From contig JBOFGC010000498.1 in the NCBI GenBank assembly GCA_051648945.1, positions 1 through 40,618 on the forward strand: a DNA stretch of 40,618 nt. The letters are read 5' to 3'. Positions within the stretch are counted from its first letter, which is position 1. Every line of letters begins with the position of its first letter. Of this stretch, positions 8,748-23,059 are shown piece after piece. Both the position numbers and the translations under genes were made by a program. This DNA comes from Bacilli bacterium. GTDB lineage: Bacteria; Bacillota; Bacilli; JBOFGC01. The notes under the pieces are model-generated. The model saw nothing but the letters and a program-made list of their open reading frames with translations. It searched no databases and was not told the origin of the DNA.

Positions 8748-11700
8748 TTGATAGATGTAAATAATTTCAGTGCCATGAAGATTGGATTAGCTTCACCAGA
8801 TAAAATTCGATCGTGGTCTTTCGGTGAAGTAAAAAAACCTGAAACAATTAACTATCGTACATTAAAGCCTGAGAAAGATGGTCTGTTTTGCGAGCGTATT
8901 TTCGGACCAACAAAAGATTGGGAATGTAACTGTGGTAAATATAAACGTGTTCGTTACAAAGGTGTTGTTTGTGACCGTTGTGGCGTAGAAGTAACACGTT
9001 CAAAAGTTCGTCGTGAGCGTATGGGGCATATTGAGTTAGCTGCCCCTGTTTCACACATTTGGTACTTTAAAGGTATCCCAAGTCGTATGGGTCTCGTACT
9101 TGATATGAGCCCACGTGCACTTGAAGAAATCATTTATTTTGCTTCATATGTTGTAACAGACCCAGGTGATACGCCACTTGCTAAGAAGGATTTATTAACA
9201 GATAAAGACTTCCGCGCAAACAAAGAGAAGTACGGAAATGCATTCCAAGCTTCGATGGGTGCTGAAGCTGTGAAGAAACTTCTTTTAGATATCGATTCTG
9301 AAAGAGAAGTTGAATTCTTAAAAGAAGAGCTTAAAAACTCACAAGGACAACGACGTACACGTGCAATTAAACGATTAGAAGTACTTGAAGCATTCCGTAA
9401 CTCAGGAAATGATCCTTCATGGATGATTTTAGATGTACTACCGGTAATTCCACCAGAATTACGTCCGATGGTACAACTTGATGGTGGACGCTTTGCAACA
9501 AGTGATCTAAACGACTTATACCGTCGTGTAATTAACCGTAATAACCGTTTGAAGCGTTTATTAGATCTTGGCGCACCGAGCATTATCGTTCAAAACGAAA
9601 AGCGTATGCTCCAAGAAGCTGTCGATGCTTTAATCGATAATGGTCGTCGTGGCCGTCCGGTTACTGGACCAGGAAATCGTCCGTTAAAATCTTTATCGCA
9701 TATGCTTAAAGGTAAACAAGGTCGTTTCCGTCAAAACTTACTTGGTAAACGTGTTGACTATTCTGGTCGTTCGGTTATCGTAGTAGGTCCAAACTTAAAA
9801 ATGTACCAATGTGGTCTTCCAAAAGAAATGGCACTTGAACTATTCAAGCCATTTGTAATGAAAGAACTCGTAGGACGTGGTCTGTCGCATAACATTAAGA
9901 GTGCTAAACGTAAGATTGAACGTTTAGATCATGATGTATGGGATGTATTAGAAAATGTTATCCGTGAGCATCCGGTTTTACTTAACCGTGCACCGACGCT
10001 TCACAGACTTGGTATCCAAGCATTCGAACCAACACTCGTAGAAGGTCGTGCAATTCGTCTTCACCCTCTTGTATGTACAGCGTACAACGCTGACTTTGAT
10101 GGTGACCAAATGGCAGTTCACGTTCCACTATCGGCAGAAGCACAAGCAGAAGCACGTATTCTAATGCTTGCAGCACAAAACATCTTGAATCCTAAAGATG
10201 GAAAACCGGTAGTAACACCTTCACAGGATATGGTATTAGGTAACTATTACTTAACGATGGAACGACCAGGTGCTGTCGGCGAAGGTATGATTTTCAAAGA
10301 TACGAACGAAGCATTAATTGCATACCAAAATGGCTATGTTCATTTACACACGCGTATTGCAGTGAGTGCAGCGAGCGTTCCGAATCCTACTTTCGTTAAA
10401 GACGAAGCGCTAAACGATCAATTAAAACGTAAAATGCTTGTAACGACTGTTGGTAAATTGATTTTTAACGAAATCTTACCGCCGTCATTCTACTATATTA
10501 ATGAGCCGACAAATGATAACTTACAAAACCAGACGCCAGAGAAATATTTCGTGGAAAAAGGTACTGACATAAGAGCATTTATCGAAGCTCAACCAGAAGT
10601 TGATCCTTTCAAGAAAAAGATTCTTGGAAATATCATCGCTGAAGTGTTCAAACGCTTCAAAATTACAGAAACGTCTAAGATGCTTGACCGCATGAAAAAT
10701 CTTGGTTTCCGTTATTCAACGAAAGCAGGTATCACTGTAGGTGTATCTGATATCATCGTATTAGCAGAAAAGAAAGATATTCTTGTAGAAGCACAGGACC
10801 GTGTTGATAAAGTGTTGAAACAATTCCGTCGTGGTTTAATCACAGAGGAAGAGCGCTATCAACGTGTAATTGAAATCTGGAGTAAAGCAAAAGACAGAAT
10901 TCAAGAGAAACTAATGAAATCCCTTGATATTCGAAATCCTATCTTCATGATGAGTGACTCTGGAGCCCGTGGTAACGCGTCCAACTTCACACAGCTTGCA
11001 GGTATGCGTGGTCTGATGGCCGCTCCATCTGGTAAAATTATCGAATTACCGATTAAATCTTCGTTCCGTGAAGGTTTAACAGTACTCGAATACTTTATCT
11101 CGACGCATGGTGCGCGTAAAGGTCTTGCCGATACAGCACTAAAAACAGCTGACTCAGGTTACTTAACACGTCGTCTCGTAGACGTAGCACAAGATGTTAT
11201 CGTTCGCGAAGATGATTGTGGCACTGACCGCGGTCTATTCATTACAGCTATCAAAGAAGGTAATGAAATTATCGAAACATTGTATGACCGTCTTGTTGGT
11301 CGTTTTACACATAAAACAATCCTTCATCCAGCAACGGGTGTAGAAATTGTTGGTCGTAACGAGTTGTTAACAGAAGACTTAGCACAAACAATTGTTGATG
11401 CTGGTGTTGAAAGTGTTACAATCCGTTCAGCCTTCTCTTGTAATACACGTCATGGTGTGTGTAAGAAATGTTATGGTCGTAACTTAGCGACAGGTTCAGA
11501 CGTTGAAGTTGGTGAAGCAGTTGGTATCATCGCTGCCCAATCAATCGGTGAGCCAGGAACACAGTTAACGATGCGTACATTCCATACAGGTGGTGTAGCA
11601 GGAGACGATATTACACAAGGTCTTCCGCGTGTTCAAGAACTATTCGAAGCACGTAATCCAAAAGGGGAAGCCCTGATTACGGAAGTTGCGGGTGTCGTTA

Positions 11701-12368
11701 GTATTGAGCGCGATGCGAAAAACAAACAAGAAGTTGTTGTTACTGGTAAAGTAGAAACGAAACGTTACCCTGTACCATACGGCGCTCGTCTGAAAGTTCA
11801 AGATGGCGATGAAGTTGTGAGTGGGGATGTATTAACGGAAGGTTCTATTGATCCAAAAGGACTTCTAAAAATTAAAGGTACAGAAGCAGTACAAAACTAC
11901 TTGCTTCGTGAAGTACAACGTGTTTACCGAATTCAAGGGGTAGAAATTGGCGATAAGCATATTGAAGTAATGGTACGACAAATGCTTCGTAAAGTTCGCG
12001 TTCTTGATGCAGGGGATACAGATGTACTACCAGGAACACTACTTGATATCCATAACTTTACAGATGCGAACAAAAAAGCATTTGATAAAGGTGGCCGTCC
12101 AGCGACGTGTCGTCCAGTATTACTCGGTATTACAAAAGCGTCACTTGAAACAGACAGCTTCTTATCAGCAGCGTCGTTCCAAGAAACAACACGTGTTCTT
12201 ACAGATGCAGCGATTAAAGGAAAACGCGATGAGTTACTCGGCTTGAAAGAGAACGTAATCATCGGTAAGCTTGTTCCAGCAGGTACAGGTATGCACCGTT
12301 ATCGCGGCGTGAATTTAATCAAAGCAAATGAAGAAAAACCAGAAGTAATCGAAGAACCAATGGTATAA
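8748..12368 (+). CDS. rpoC: DNA-directed RNA polymerase subunit beta'
   Basis: NADFDGD catalytic motif, N-terminal zinc cysteines, [13 protein letters not shown]; TTG start after AGGGAGG. Confidence 0.99.
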   Translation: MIDVNNFSAMKIGLASPDKIRSWSFGEVKKPETINYRTLKPEKDGLFCERIFGPTKDWECNCGKYKRVRYKGVVCDRCGVEVTRSKVRRERMGHIELAAPVSHIWYFKGIPSRMGLVLDMSPRALEEIIYFASYVVTDPGDTPLAKKDLLTDKDFRANKEKYGNAFQASMGAEAVKKLLLDIDSEREVEFLKEELKNSQGQRRTRAIKRLEVLEAFRNSGNDPSWMILDVLPVIPPELRPMVQLDGGRFATSDLNDLYRRVINRNNRLKRLLDLGAPSIIVQNEKRMLQEAVDALIDNGRRGRPVTGPGNRPLKSLSHMLKGKQGRFRQNLLGKRVDYSGRSVIVVGPNLKMYQCGLPKEMALELFKPFVMKELVGRGLSHNIKSAKRKIERLDHDVWDVLENVIREHPVLLNRAPTLHRLGIQAFEPTLVEGRAIRLHPLVCTAYNADFDGDQMAVHVPLSAEAQAEARILMLAAQNILNPKDGKPVVTPSQDMVLGNYYLTMERPGAVGEGMIFKDTNEALIAYQNGYVHLHTRIAVSAASVPNPTFVKDEALNDQLKRKMLVTTVGKLIFNEILPPSFYYINEPTNDNLQNQTPEKYFVEKGTDIRAFIEAQPEVDPFKKKILGNIIAEVFKRFKITETSKMLDRMKNLGFRYSTKAGITVGVSDIIVLAEKKDILVEAQDRVDKVLKQFRRGLITEEERYQRVIEIWSKAKDRIQEKLMKSLDIRNPIFMMSDSGARGNASNFTQLAGMRGLMAAPSGKIIELPIKSSFREGLTVLEYFISTHGARKGLADTALKTADSGYLTRRLVDVAQDVIVREDDCGTDRGLFITAIKEGNEIIETLYDRLVGRFTHKTILHPATGVEIVGRNELLTEDLAQTIVDAGVESVTIRSAFSCNTRHGVCKKCYGRNLATGSDVEVGEAVGIIAAQSIGEPGTQLTMRTFHTGGVAGDDITQGLPRVQELFEARNPKGEALITEVAGVVSIERDAKNKQEVVVTGKVETKRYPVPYGARLKVQDGDEVVSGDVLTEGSIDPKGLLKIKGTEAVQNYLLREVQRVYRIQGVEIGDKHIEVMVRQMLRKVRVLDAGDTDVLPGTLLDIHNFTDANKKAFDKGGRPATCRPVLLGITKASLETDSFLSAASFQETTRVLTDAAIKGKRDELLGLKENVIIGKLVPAGTGMHRYRGVNLIKANEEKPEVIEEPMV

Positions 12369-12372
12369 ATAG

Positions 12373-12412
12373 AAGGTGCGTGTAGCAAATGTTTGCTACA
12401 CGCTTCCTTTTT
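12373..12412 (+). terminator. Intrinsic terminator after rpoC
   Basis: GCGTGTAGCAAA/TTTGCTACACGC inverted repeat followed by Ts. Confidence 0.85.
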
Positions 12413-12444
12413 CAATAATTTCATGTAAAGAAAACAATCGTACG

Positions 12445-12474
12445 TTGACGTAGTAGGTGAATAAGTGCTACTAT
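12445..12474 (+). promoter_or_regulatory. sigma-A promoter of the str operon
   Basis: TTGACG, 18 bp, TACTAT with extended TG. Confidence 0.65.
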
Positions 12475-12519
12475 ACAAAAGGTGAATGCCGATGATTGAT
12501 ACTTTGGAGGATGGTCAAG

Positions 12520-12762
12520 TTGTCTAATGAAGAAGTGTCTAACTATGTTGTTGGACGAAACCAAACGTTACGAGAAATTAAGAAAGGCACAGTTTCTGAA
12601 GTTTTACTTGCAAATGATTCAGATGTGTGTATAATTAATAATGTTGTGTCTGTAGCCGAAGCACATTGCGTCAAAGTAACTTACGTTTCAACCATGGTTG
12701 AATTAGGACGTCAGTTCGGCATTGATGTTGGTGCAGCCACAGTAGCTAAACTTGTTAACTAG
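12520..12762 (+). CDS. ybxF: L7Ae-family kink-turn RNA-binding protein (YbxF)
   Basis: VVGRNQT...LANDSD...M.ELG..FGIDVGAATVA; lies before rpsL; TTG 12520 after GGAGG. Confidence 0.88.
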   Translation: MSNEEVSNYVVGRNQTLREIKKGTVSEVLLANDSDVCIINNVVSVAEAHCVKVTYVSTMVELGRQFGIDVGAATVAKLVN

Positions 12763-12845
12763 AATCTGCAATTGCAGATCTTGTTTTTTGATTAAAAATG
12801 AACCACCAGGAACTGTGGTCATAAATTACGAAGGGAGGAAGACTC

Positions 12846-13268
12846 ATGCCTACTATTAATCAGTTAGTTAGAAAAGGTCGTATCAATAAAGTTTGGAAGT
12901 CAAAATCTCCAGCATTAAACAAGGGATTTAACAGCTTCAAAAAAGAACAAACAGACATTTCTTCACCACAAAAACGTGGAGTGTGTACTCGTGTAGGTAC
13001 GATGACACCAAAAAAACCAAACTCAGCGTTACGTAAATACGCTCGTGTACGTTTAACAAACGGAATCGAGGTAACTGCGTATATCCCAGGTATCGGACAT
13101 AACTTACAAGAACATAGCGTTGTTCTTATTCGTGGTGGACGCGTAAAGGATTTACCAGGAGTACGTTATCACATCGTACGTGGAGCACTTGATACTTCAG
13201 GTGTAGACAAGCGTATGCAAAGTCGTTCTAAATACGGAACAAAGCGTCCTAAAGCTGCTAAGAAATAA
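12846..13268 (+). CDS. rpsL: 30S ribosomal protein S12
   Basis: [30 protein letters not shown]. Confidence 0.99.
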   Translation: MPTINQLVRKGRINKVWKSKSPALNKGFNSFKKEQTDISSPQKRGVCTRVGTMTPKKPNSALRKYARVRLTNGIEVTAYIPGIGHNLQEHSVVLIRGGRVKDLPGVRYHIVRGALDTSGVDKRMQSRSKYGTKRPKAAKK

Positions 13269-13300
13269 GTATTTTTTAAGCTGTGATGGACAACATTTGA

Positions 13301-13786
<486 letters not shown>

Positions 13787-13848
13787 ACTTCAGCTATTCC
13801 TATATAAGTTCAAACTAAATTTATGGATATGGAAGGAGAACGTAACCA

Positions 13849-15927
13849 ATGACAAGAGAGTTCTCGTTAGCTAAAACTCGTAACATCGGGATTATGGCTC
13901 ACATTGATGCTGGTAAAACAACAACGACAGAGCGTATCCTTTATTACACAGGTAAAGTACACAAAATCGGTGAGGTGCACGAAGGTGCTGCAACGATGGA
14001 CTGGATGGAGCAAGAGCAAGAGCGTGGTATCACTATCACATCTGCTGCGACAACAGCTGCGTGGAAAGAAAACCGTGTAAACATCATCGATACACCAGGA
14101 CACGTAGACTTCACAGTTGAAGTTGAACGTTCATTACGTGTACTTGATGGTGCGGTAGCTGTACTTGATGCTCAATCAGGTGTAGAACCACAAACAGAAA
14201 CAGTATGGCGTCAAGCAACGACATATCATGTACCACGTATCGTTTTCGTAAACAAAATGGACAAAATTGGCGCAGATTTCTTATACTCTGTTGGCACTTT
14301 AGTTGATCGTTTACAAGCTAACGTACACCCAATTCAACTTCCAATCGGTGCAGAAGACCAGTTTACTGGCATCATCGACTTAGTTGAAGAGTGTGCTTAT
14401 ATGTACAAAAACGATCTTGGCACGGATATCGAAAAAGTTGAGATTCCTGCTGAGCACAAAGAATTAGCGGAAGAATACCGTGGTAAACTAGTAGAGGCAG
14501 TTGCAGAACTCGACGAAGAGTTGATGATGAAATACCTCGAAGGTGAAGAAATTACAATTCCTGAGTTAAAAGCTGCAATTCGTAAGGCAACTTGCGACGT
14601 AGCATTCTACCCAGTAATCTGTGGTTCTGCGTTTAAAAACAAAGGGGTTCAATTAATGCTTGATGCAGTAATTGATTACTTACCTTCACCACTAGACGTA
14701 CCAGCAATTAAAGGTATCTCTGTAGATACTGAAGAAGAGATTGAACGTAAATCAAGCGACGAAGAGCCTTTCGCAGCTTTAGCGTTCAAAATCATGACTG
14801 ACCCTTATGTTGGTAAGTTAACATTCTTCCGTGTGTACTCTGGTACATTAAATGCAGGTTCTTACGTAATTAACTCTACAAAAGGTAAGCGTGAACGTAT
14901 CGGACGTATCCTTCAAATGCATGCGAACTCTCGTCAAGAGATTGCAACAGTTTATTCTGGTGACATCGCTGCAGCTGTAGGTTTAAAAGATACAACAACA
15001 GGCGACACTCTTTGTGAAGAGAAAAATGCGGTAATCTTAGAATCAATGGAGTTCCCAGAACCAGTTATCTCAGTAGCGATTGAACCAAAATCAAAAGCTG
15101 ACCAAGATAAAATGGGTACTGCATTATCTAAACTACAAGAGGAAGATCCAACATTCCGTGCGCATACTGACCAAGAAACGGGTCAAACAATTATCGCAGG
15201 TATGGGTGAACTTCACTTAGACATCATCGTTGACCGTATGCGTCGCGAGTTTAAAGTTGAAGCGAACGTAGGTGCACCTCAAGTAGCTTATCGTGAAACT
15301 TTCCGTTCTTCTGCTGAAGTTGAGGGTAAATTCTCTCGTCAGTCAGGTGGTCGTGGACAATTCGGTCACGTTGTAATCGAGTTCATGCCTAATGAAGAAG
15401 GTAAAGGTTTCGAATTCATCGACGATATTAAAGGTGGCGTAATTCCACGTGAATATATCGCACCAGTTCAAGCTGGTCTTATCGATGCACTTAAAAACGG
15501 TGTAGTAGCTGGATATCCTCTAGTTGACATCAAAGCTCGTCTATTCTTCGGTTCATACCATGATGTTGACTCGAGTGAGATGGCGTTTAAAATCGCTGCA
15601 TCTATGGCACTTAAATCAGCTGCTTCAAAATGTTCAGCTGTATTATTAGAGCCAGTAATGAAAGTAGAAGTAGTTATTCCTGATGAGTACTTAGGTGACA
15701 TCATGGGTGACATCACTTCTCGTCGTGGACGTGTAGAAGGTATGGAAGCGCGCGGTAACGCTCAAGTTGTTCGTGCTATGGTTCCACTTTCTGAAATGTT
15801 CGGTTATGCGACATCATTACGTTCAAATACACAAGGTCGCGGAACATTCGCAATGACAATGGATCATTACGAAGAAGTACCACGCAGTGTATCTGAAGAA
15901 ATTATCAAAAAAAGTAAAGGTGAATAA
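13849..15927 (+). CDS. fusA: Elongation factor G
   Basis: [22 protein letters not shown]; 692 aa. Confidence 0.99.
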   Translation: MTREFSLAKTRNIGIMAHIDAGKTTTTERILYYTGKVHKIGEVHEGAATMDWMEQEQERGITITSAATTAAWKENRVNIIDTPGHVDFTVEVERSLRVLDGAVAVLDAQSGVEPQTETVWRQATTYHVPRIVFVNKMDKIGADFLYSVGTLVDRLQANVHPIQLPIGAEDQFTGIIDLVEECAYMYKNDLGTDIEKVEIPAEHKELAEEYRGKLVEAVAELDEELMMKYLEGEEITIPELKAAIRKATCDVAFYPVICGSAFKNKGVQLMLDAVIDYLPSPLDVPAIKGISVDTEEEIERKSSDEEPFAALAFKIMTDPYVGKLTFFRVYSGTLNAGSYVINSTKGKRERIGRILQMHANSRQEIATVYSGDIAAAVGLKDTTTGDTLCEEKNAVILESMEFPEPVISVAIEPKSKADQDKMGTALSKLQEEDPTFRAHTDQETGQTIIAGMGELHLDIIVDRMRREFKVEANVGAPQVAYRETFRSSAEVEGKFSRQSGGRGQFGHVVIEFMPNEEGKGFEFIDDIKGGVIPREYIAPVQAGLIDALKNGVVAGYPLVDIKARLFFGSYHDVDSSEMAFKIAASMALKSAASKCSAVLLEPVMKVEVVIPDEYLGDIMGDITSRRGRVEGMEARGNAQVVRAMVPLSEMFGYATSLRSNTQGRGTFAMTMDHYEEVPRSVSEEIIKKSKGE

Positions 15928-15937
15928 CCTTTAACTG

Positions 15938-15967
15938 TTGATATAAAAACCTAATCTAATGTAAACT
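15938..15967 (+). promoter_or_regulatory. Probable internal sigma-A promoter for tuf
   Basis: TTGATA, 18 bp, TAAACT, followed by a GGGGAG/CTCCCC 5' hairpin. Confidence 0.5.
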
Positions 15968-16054
15968 ATGTAAGGGGAGCTTGTCTCCCCCTACTATAGA
16001 ACATATAGAAGTTTTACTATACTTATTAACAATGATCCTAAGGAGGATTTTCTA

Positions 16055-17245
16055 ATGGCTAAAGAAAAATTTGACCGTTCGAAACCACACTGTAACATCG
16101 GTACTATCGGACACGTTGACCACGGTAAAACAACATTAACAGCTGCAATCACTACTGTACTTGCTCGTCGTAGCGGTAAAGGTGCTGCAATGGCTTATGA
16201 CATGATCGATGCTGCTCCAGAAGAGCGCGAGCGTGGAATCACAATCTCAACTGCTCACGTTGAGTATGAAACTGAAAACCGTCACTATGCACACGTAGAC
16301 TGCCCAGGACATGCTGACTATGTTAAAAACATGATCACAGGTGCTGCACAAATGGACGGAGCTATCTTAGTAGTATCTGCTAATGATGGCCCTATGCCAC
16401 AGACTCGTGAACATATCCTTTTATCACGCCAAGTAGGTGTACCTTACATCGTAGTATTCTTAAACAAATGCGACATGGTTGATGATGAAGAATTATTAGA
16501 ATTAGTAGAAATGGAAGTTCGTGAACTTCTTTCTGAATATGACTTCCCAGGCGATGATATCCCTGTAGTTAAAGGTTCTGCATTAAAAGCTCTTGAGGGC
16601 GATGTAGAGTGGGAAGAAAAAGTTGTTGAATTAATGGCTGAAGTTGATTCATACATTCCAGAACCAGTTCGTGATACTGACAAACCTTTCATGATGCCAG
16701 TTGAGGATGTATTCTCAATCACTGGTCGTGGTACAGTTGCTACTGGCCGTATCGACCGTGGTATCTTAAAAGTTGGCGACGTTATCAACATCGTTGGTTA
16801 CACTGAAGAGCCAAAAGCAACTACATGTACTGGAGTAGAGATGTTCCGTAAACTTCTTGATCAAGGTCAAGCTGGAGACAACATCGGTGCTTTATTACGT
16901 GGTGTAGCACGTGAAGATATCCAACGTGGTCAAGTTTTAGCTAAACCAGGTTCAATCACTCCACACACGAAGTTCAAAGCTGAGGTTTACGTATTATCTA
17001 AAGAAGAGGGTGGCCGTCATACTCCTTTCTTCGGTAACTACCGTCCACAGTTCTACTTCCGTACATCTGACATCACTGGTGTAGTTCACTTACCAGAAGG
17101 CGTTGAGATGGTAATGCCTGGTGACAACATCGAAATGACAGTTGAACTTATTGCTCCAATCGCGATTGAAGAAGGTACTAAATTCTCAATCCGTGAAGGT
17201 GGCCGTACAGTTGGCGCTGGCGTTGTTGCTACAATTACTGAGTAA
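16055..17245 (+). CDS. tuf: Elongation factor Tu
   Basis: [31 protein letters not shown]. Confidence 0.99.
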   Translation: MAKEKFDRSKPHCNIGTIGHVDHGKTTLTAAITTVLARRSGKGAAMAYDMIDAAPEERERGITISTAHVEYETENRHYAHVDCPGHADYVKNMITGAAQMDGAILVVSANDGPMPQTREHILLSRQVGVPYIVVFLNKCDMVDDEELLELVEMEVRELLSEYDFPGDDIPVVKGSALKALEGDVEWEEKVVELMAEVDSYIPEPVRDTDKPFMMPVEDVFSITGRGTVATGRIDRGILKVGDVINIVGYTEEPKATTCTGVEMFRKLLDQGQAGDNIGALLRGVAREDIQRGQVLAKPGSITPHTKFKAEVYVLSKEEGGRHTPFFGNYRPQFYFRTSDITGVVHLPEGVEMVMPGDNIEMTVELIAPIAIEEGTKFSIREGGRTVGAGVVATITE

Positions 17246-17264
17246 TTAATAGCGATTTTATAGG

Positions 17265-17295
17265 AAAGAGGAACGGTACGCCGTTTCTCTTTTTT
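17265..17295 (+). terminator. Intrinsic terminator after tuf
   Basis: AAAGAGGAACGG/CCGTTTCTCTTT stem with T tract. Confidence 0.85.
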
Positions 17296-17378
17296 GTAAC
17301 AAAATTTCCATTAAATTCTAATGGCGAAGTCGTTAAAAATATGTTTAAATAAAGAAGTAATAAGTTTGCAGGAAACAC

Positions 17379-17407
17379 TTGCAAATATCTTATAGGCGTT
17401 GTATACT
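17379..17407 (+). promoter_or_regulatory. sigma-A promoter of the S10 operon
   Basis: TTGCAA, 17 bp, TATACT. Confidence 0.75.
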
Positions 17408-17423
17408 ATTAAAGTGTGTTTTT

Positions 17424-17521
17424 GACTGCGATGAAGTGAAAGGTTACCGGCACACCCGGCCGCATTGCCATGGCATGTGCGTCGGATAGTTTTCACTGAG
17501 AAGTCTATTCATAAAATAGGC
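17424..17521 (+). promoter_or_regulatory. Structured rpsJ (S10) leader RNA
   Basis: GACT...AGTC and AGTGAAA...TTTCACT long-range stems, CACACCCGGCCGC..TGCCATGGCA inner motif as recalled from Bacilli rpsJ leaders. Confidence 0.8.
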
Positions 17522-17529
17522 GATGTTAG

Positions 17530-17850
<321 letters not shown>

Positions 17851-17880
17851 TAGAACACATTGTTCTAGGAGGTGTAAGAG

Positions 17881-18510
17881 ATGACTAAAGGAATCTTAGG
17901 AAAAAAATTAGGAATGACACAAGTATTCGCTGAGAACGGTGAATTAATTCCTGTAACTGTAATTGAAGTTAACCCAAACGTGGTATTACAAGTTAAAACG
18001 AACGAAACAGATGGTTATACAGCTGTTCAATTAGGTCACGGCGACAAGCGTGAAAAATTAACGAATAAGCCAGAGCAAGGTCATGCTTCAAAAGCAAAAT
18101 CTACTCCTAAGCGCTTCGTTCGCGAAATTCGCGGTGTAGATGCTAGTGAGTATGAATTAGGTCAAGAAGTAACTGCAGCGATTTTCGTTGAAGGTGAAAC
18201 TGTTGATGTAACTGGAATCTCTAAAGGTAAAGGTTTCCAAGGTACAATTAAACGTCACGGTCAATCTCGCGGACCAATGGCTCACGGTAGTCGTTATCAC
18301 CGTCGCCCAGGTTCAATGGGTCCAGTAGCTCCAAACCGTGTATTCAAAGGTAAAAACTTACCGGGTCAAATGGGTGGAGAGCAAGTTACTGTTCAAAACT
18401 TAAAAGTAGTTCGTATTGACACTGACCGCAACGTAATCCTTGTAAAAGGTAACGTACCAGGCGCGAAGCGTTCAAACGTAATCATAAAGAGTGCGGTAAA
18501 AGCAAACTAA
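17881..18510 (+). CDS. rplC: 50S ribosomal protein L3
   Basis: [29 protein letters not shown]. Confidence 0.99.
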   Translation: MTKGILGKKLGMTQVFAENGELIPVTVIEVNPNVVLQVKTNETDGYTAVQLGHGDKREKLTNKPEQGHASKAKSTPKRFVREIRGVDASEYELGQEVTAAIFVEGETVDVTGISKGKGFQGTIKRHGQSRGPMAHGSRYHRRPGSMGPVAPNRVFKGKNLPGQMGGEQVTVQNLKVVRIDTDRNVILVKGNVPGAKRSNVIIKSAVKAN

Positions 18511-18537
18511 TTTTTGCACAGAAGGGAGGAAAACATA

Positions 18538-19161
18538 ATGCCAAAAGTAGCATTGTTAAATCAAGCTGGTACTAGTGTTGGTGAGATCGAACTTAACGAC
18601 ACAGTATTCGGCATTGTACCAAATGAAGCTGTTCTTTTTGACGCTGTAATTATGCAACGTGCATCATTACGTCAAGGAACGCACAAAGTAAAGACTCGTT
18701 CTGAAGTACGAGGCGGAGGACGCAAACCATGGCGTCAAAAGGGTACTGGTCGTGCCCGTCAAGGTTCTATCCGTTCACCACAATGGCGTGGCGGTGGTAT
18801 TGTATTCGGACCAACTCCTCGCAGCTATGCGTATAAGTTACCGAAAAAAGTACGTCGTTTAGCTATCAAATCTGCATTATCTTCTAAAGTTTTAGATCAA
18901 GAGTTAATCGTTTTAGACGCATTAAACTTCGACGCTCCAAAAACAAAAGAAATGATGGCAGTATTATCAAACTTATCAGTTGACCGTAAAGTACTTATCG
19001 TTACTGGTGATGTTAATGAAACAGTAGTAAAATCAGCAAGCAACATTCCTGGAGTGAAAGTAGTTCAAGCTACAGGTATTAACGTTCTTGATGTTTTAGG
19101 CCATAACAAAATTATTATGACTAAAACTGCTGTTGAAAAAGTAGAGGAGGTACTTGCATAA
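18538..19161 (+). CDS. rplD: 50S ribosomal protein L4
   Basis: [20 protein letters not shown]; ATG 18538 after GGGAGG. Confidence 0.99.
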   Translation: MPKVALLNQAGTSVGEIELNDTVFGIVPNEAVLFDAVIMQRASLRQGTHKVKTRSEVRGGGRKPWRQKGTGRARQGSIRSPQWRGGGIVFGPTPRSYAYKLPKKVRRLAIKSALSSKVLDQELIVLDALNFDAPKTKEMMAVLSNLSVDRKVLIVTGDVNETVVKSASNIPGVKVVQATGINVLDVLGHNKIIMTKTAVEKVEEVLA

Positions 19162-19451
19162 TGAAAGATCCTCGTGATATTATTAAGCGCCCAGTCATTA
19201 CTGAACGCACGATGACAATGCTTGAAAATCGTAAATACACTTTTGATGTAGCTGTAAAAGCGAACAAAACTGAAGTGAAACAAGCGATTGAAGCAATCTT
19301 CGGTGTAAAAGTCGAAAAAGTTAACGTACAAAATTACAAACCAAAAAAACGCCGCGTAGGTCGTCATACAGGTTTAACAAGTCGTCGCCGTAAAGCTATC
19401 GTAACTCTTACAGCTGACAGCAAAGAAATTCAATTATTTGAAGGTGTTTAA
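19161..19451 (+). CDS. rplW: 50S ribosomal protein L23
   Basis: [23 protein letters not shown]. Confidence 0.98.
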   Translation: MKDPRDIIKRPVITERTMTMLENRKYTFDVAVKANKTEVKQAIEAIFGVKVEKVNVQNYKPKKRRVGRHTGLTSRRRKAIVTLTADSKEIQLFEGV

Positions 19452-19485
19452 GCCTTACATCTCTATGTAGAGGAGGGAAAACAAG

Positions 19486-20316
19486 ATGGCAATCAAAAAG
19501 TATAAGCCAACGACTAACGGTCGTCGTAATATGACTACGAATGATTTCGCAGAACTAACGACTGACCGCCCAGAAAAATCGTTGCTTGCGCCTCTTAAAA
19601 ACAAAGCTGGTCGTAATAACCAGGGTAAATTAACTGTTCGTCATCAAGGTGGCGGTCATAAACGTCAATACCGTATCATCGACTTCAAACGTGAAAAAGA
19701 TGGTATTCCAGGACGCGTTGCTACGATCGAATACGATCCAAACCGTTCAGCGAATATCGCTTTAATCAACTATGTAGATGGTGAAAAGCGTTACATCCTA
19801 GCTCCTAAAGGTTTAGAAGTTGGAATGGAAATTATGTCTGGCGTTGACGCTGACATCAAAATCGGTAACGCATTACCATTACAAAACGTTCCTGTTGGTA
19901 CAGTAATTCACAACATCGAATTAAAACCTGGTAAAGGTGGCCAATTAGTACGTTCAGCTGGAACTTCAGCTCAAGTATTAGGTCGCGAAGGAAAGTACGT
20001 AATCGTACGTCTTCAATCAGGCGAAACTCGTTTAATTCTTAACACTTGCCGCGCTTCAGTTGGTCAAGTTGGTAACGAACAACACGAACTTATCAACATC
20101 GGTAAAGCTGGTCGTTCACGCTGGTTAGGCAAACGCCCAACAGTACGTGGTTCTGTAATGAACCCATGTGATCACCCACACGGTGGTGGTGAAGGTAAAG
20201 CTCCTATCGGTCGTAAAAGTCCAATGTCTCCTTGGGGCAAACCAACACTTGGTGCTAAAACTCGTAAGAAAACAAACGCATCAGATAAATTTATTATACG
20301 TCGTCGTAAAAAATAA
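19486..20316 (+). CDS. rplB: 50S ribosomal protein L2
   Basis: [22 protein letters not shown]. Confidence 0.99.
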   Translation: MAIKKYKPTTNGRRNMTTNDFAELTTDRPEKSLLAPLKNKAGRNNQGKLTVRHQGGGHKRQYRIIDFKREKDGIPGRVATIEYDPNRSANIALINYVDGEKRYILAPKGLEVGMEIMSGVDADIKIGNALPLQNVPVGTVIHNIELKPGKGGQLVRSAGTSAQVLGREGKYVIVRLQSGETRLILNTCRASVGQVGNEQHELINIGKAGRSRWLGKRPTVRGSVMNPCDHPHGGGEGKAPIGRKSPMSPWGKPTLGAKTRKKTNASDKFIIRRRKK

Positions 20317-20373
20317 CGGAGTTGAACTACGGTTCATCCGAACCGTAGGGCAATACCGAAGGGAGGAAAACTC

Positions 20374-20652
20374 ATGGGACGTAGCTTGAAAAAAGGACCA
20401 TTTATTGATGATCATTTACTTAATAAGGTAGAGGCGTTGAACGAAACAGAGAAAAAGTCAGTTATTAAAACTTGGTCTCGTCGTTCTACAATTTTCCCAC
20501 AATTTATTGGTCATACAATCGCAGTTTACGATGGTCGTAAACATGTACCTGTATATGTGACTGAAGATATGGTCGGTCATAAATTAGGTGAATTTGCTCC
20601 AACACGCACTTATAAAGGTCACGACGCTGACGACAAGAAAACTAGACGTTAA
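20374..20652 (+). CDS. rpsS: 30S ribosomal protein S19
   Basis: [19 protein letters not shown]. Confidence 0.99.
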   Translation: MGRSLKKGPFIDDHLLNKVEALNETEKKSVIKTWSRRSTIFPQFIGHTIAVYDGRKHVPVYVTEDMVGHKLGEFAPTRTYKGHDADDKKTRR

Positions 20653-20669
20653 TGAGAGGAGGTAATCTC

Positions 20670-21002
20670 ATGCAAGCGAAAGCAGTATTAAACACTGTTC
20701 GTATCGCACCACGTAAGGCTCGATTAGTAATCGACTTAATCCGTGGTAAGAAGATCGGCGAAGCAATCGCAATTATGCGCCACACGCCAAAAACATCTTC
20801 ACCAGTGGTAGAAAAATTATTATTGTCTGCAGTTGCAAACGCAGAACATAACTATAACTTAGATACAGATCGTTTATATATCTCTGAGGCATTTGTAAAC
20901 GAAGGACCAACGTTAAAACGTTTCCGTCCACGTGCTCAAGGTCGCGCAAGTGCAATCAACAAACGCACTAGCCACATTACGATTGTAGTTAAAGAAAAGT
21001 AA
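20670..21002 (+). CDS. rplV: 50S ribosomal protein L22
   Basis: [18 protein letters not shown]; ATG 20670 after GGAGGT. Confidence 0.98.
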   Translation: MQAKAVLNTVRIAPRKARLVIDLIRGKKIGEAIAIMRHTPKTSSPVVEKLLLSAVANAEHNYNLDTDRLYISEAFVNEGPTLKRFRPRAQGRASAINKRTSHITIVVKEK

Positions 21003-21015
21003 GGAGGGAATAACA

Positions 21016-21690
21016 GTGGGTCAAAAGGTACATCCTATTGGTCTTCGTGTAGGTATCATCCGTGACTGGGAATCAAAATGGTTCGCAGATAAAAACTACG
21101 CTGATTTATTACACGAGGATTTAAAAATTCGTAAGTATATCAACACGCGTCTTGCAGATGCATCGGTTTCTAAAGTTGAAATCGAACGTGCAGGCAACCG
21201 TGTAAACATCACTGTTCACACTGCTAAACCAGGTATGGTTATTGGTAAGGGTGGTACAGAGGTTGAAGCTTTACGTAAATCACTTAACGCTTTAACTAAC
21301 ACAAATGCTAAAGACAAGAAACTTGTTCACATTAACATCGTTGAAATCAAGAAAGCTGATTTAGATGCGAAGTTAGTTGCTGAAAACATTGCTCGTCAAA
21401 TCGAGAACCGTGTTTCTTTCCGTCGTGCTCAAAAACAAGCAATCAGTCGTACAATGCGCGCAGGCGCACAAGGTATCAAGACTATGACTTCTGGTCGTCT
21501 TGGTGGCGCTGATATCGCTCGTTCTGAAGCTTATAACGAGGGTACAGTTCCTCTTCACACGTTACGTGCTGATATCGATTACTCTACAGCAGAAGCTGAC
21601 ACAACGTACGGTAAAATCGGTGTTAAAGTATGGATTTATCGTGGTGAAGTTCTTCCTACGAAGAAAAGCAATGCGGAAGGAGGAAAATAA
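21016..21690 (+). CDS. rpsC: 30S ribosomal protein S3
   Basis: [32 protein letters not shown]. Confidence 0.99.
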   Translation: MGQKVHPIGLRVGIIRDWESKWFADKNYADLLHEDLKIRKYINTRLADASVSKVEIERAGNRVNITVHTAKPGMVIGKGGTEVEALRKSLNALTNTNAKDKKLVHINIVEIKKADLDAKLVAENIARQIENRVSFRRAQKQAISRTMRAGAQGIKTMTSGRLGGADIARSEAYNEGTVPLHTLRADIDYSTAEADTTYGKIGVKVWIYRGEVLPTKKSNAEGGK

Positions 21691-21692
21691 AT

Positions 21693-22314
<622 letters not shown>

Positions 22315-22337
22315 TCGATGGAGGGAGGTTTGCTATA

Positions 22338-22601
22338 ATGAGCGAACGTAACCAACGTAAAGTATTACAAGGTCGCGTAGTTTCAGACGGCATGGATAAA
22401 ACTATCTCTGTTGTTGTAGAAACTTACAAAAAGCATCCTTTATATGGTAAACGCGTTAAATATTCAAAGAAGTATAAAGCTCATGACGAAAACAATTCAG
22501 CTAAAGTAGGCGATATCGTGCGTATCATGGAAACTCGTCCTCTTTCAGCTACAAAACGTTTCCGTCTTGTATCGATTGTTGAAGAAGCAATCATTATCTA
22601 A
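22338..22601 (+). CDS. rpsQ: 30S ribosomal protein S17
   Basis: [25 protein letters not shown]. Confidence 0.99.
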   Translation: MSERNQRKVLQGRVVSDGMDKTISVVVETYKKHPLYGKRVKYSKKYKAHDENNSAKVGDIVRIMETRPLSATKRFRLVSIVEEAIII

Positions 22602-22645
22602 TGATGTTCGGATTTTAATAAACGTCCGAAGGGAGGTAACTTTAG

Positions 22646-23014
22646 ATGATCCAACAAGAATCTCGTTTAAAAGTTGCAGATAACTCAGGTGCTAAAGAAC
22701 TATTATGTATCAAAGTACTAGGTGGATCTGGTCGTAAGACAGCTAATATCGGTGATATTATCGTTGCATCAGTAAAACAAGCAACACCAGGCGGCGTTGT
22801 TAAAAAAGGTGATGTAATCAAAGCTGTAATCGTTCGTACGAAAAGTGGCGTTCGCCGCAATGACGGTTCTTACATCAAATTCGATGAGAATGCAGCAGTA
22901 ATAATTCGTGATGATAAGAGTCCACGTGGAACTCGTATTTTTGGACCAGTTGCTCGTGAATTACGCGACAGCAGTTTCATGAAAATCGTTTCACTAGCTC
23001 CAGAAGTTCTATAA
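22646..23014 (+). CDS. rplN: 50S ribosomal protein L14
   Basis: [18 protein letters not shown]. Confidence 0.99.
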   Translation: MIQQESRLKVADNSGAKELLCIKVLGGSGRKTANIGDIIVASVKQATPGGVVKKGDVIKAVIVRTKSGVRRNDGSYIKFDENAAVIIRDDKSPRGTRIFGPVARELRDSSFMKIVSLAPEVL

Positions 23015-23059
23015 TTTAACAAAACTATAGTAGCCTTTATTTAAGGAGGTGCCCGTAAA

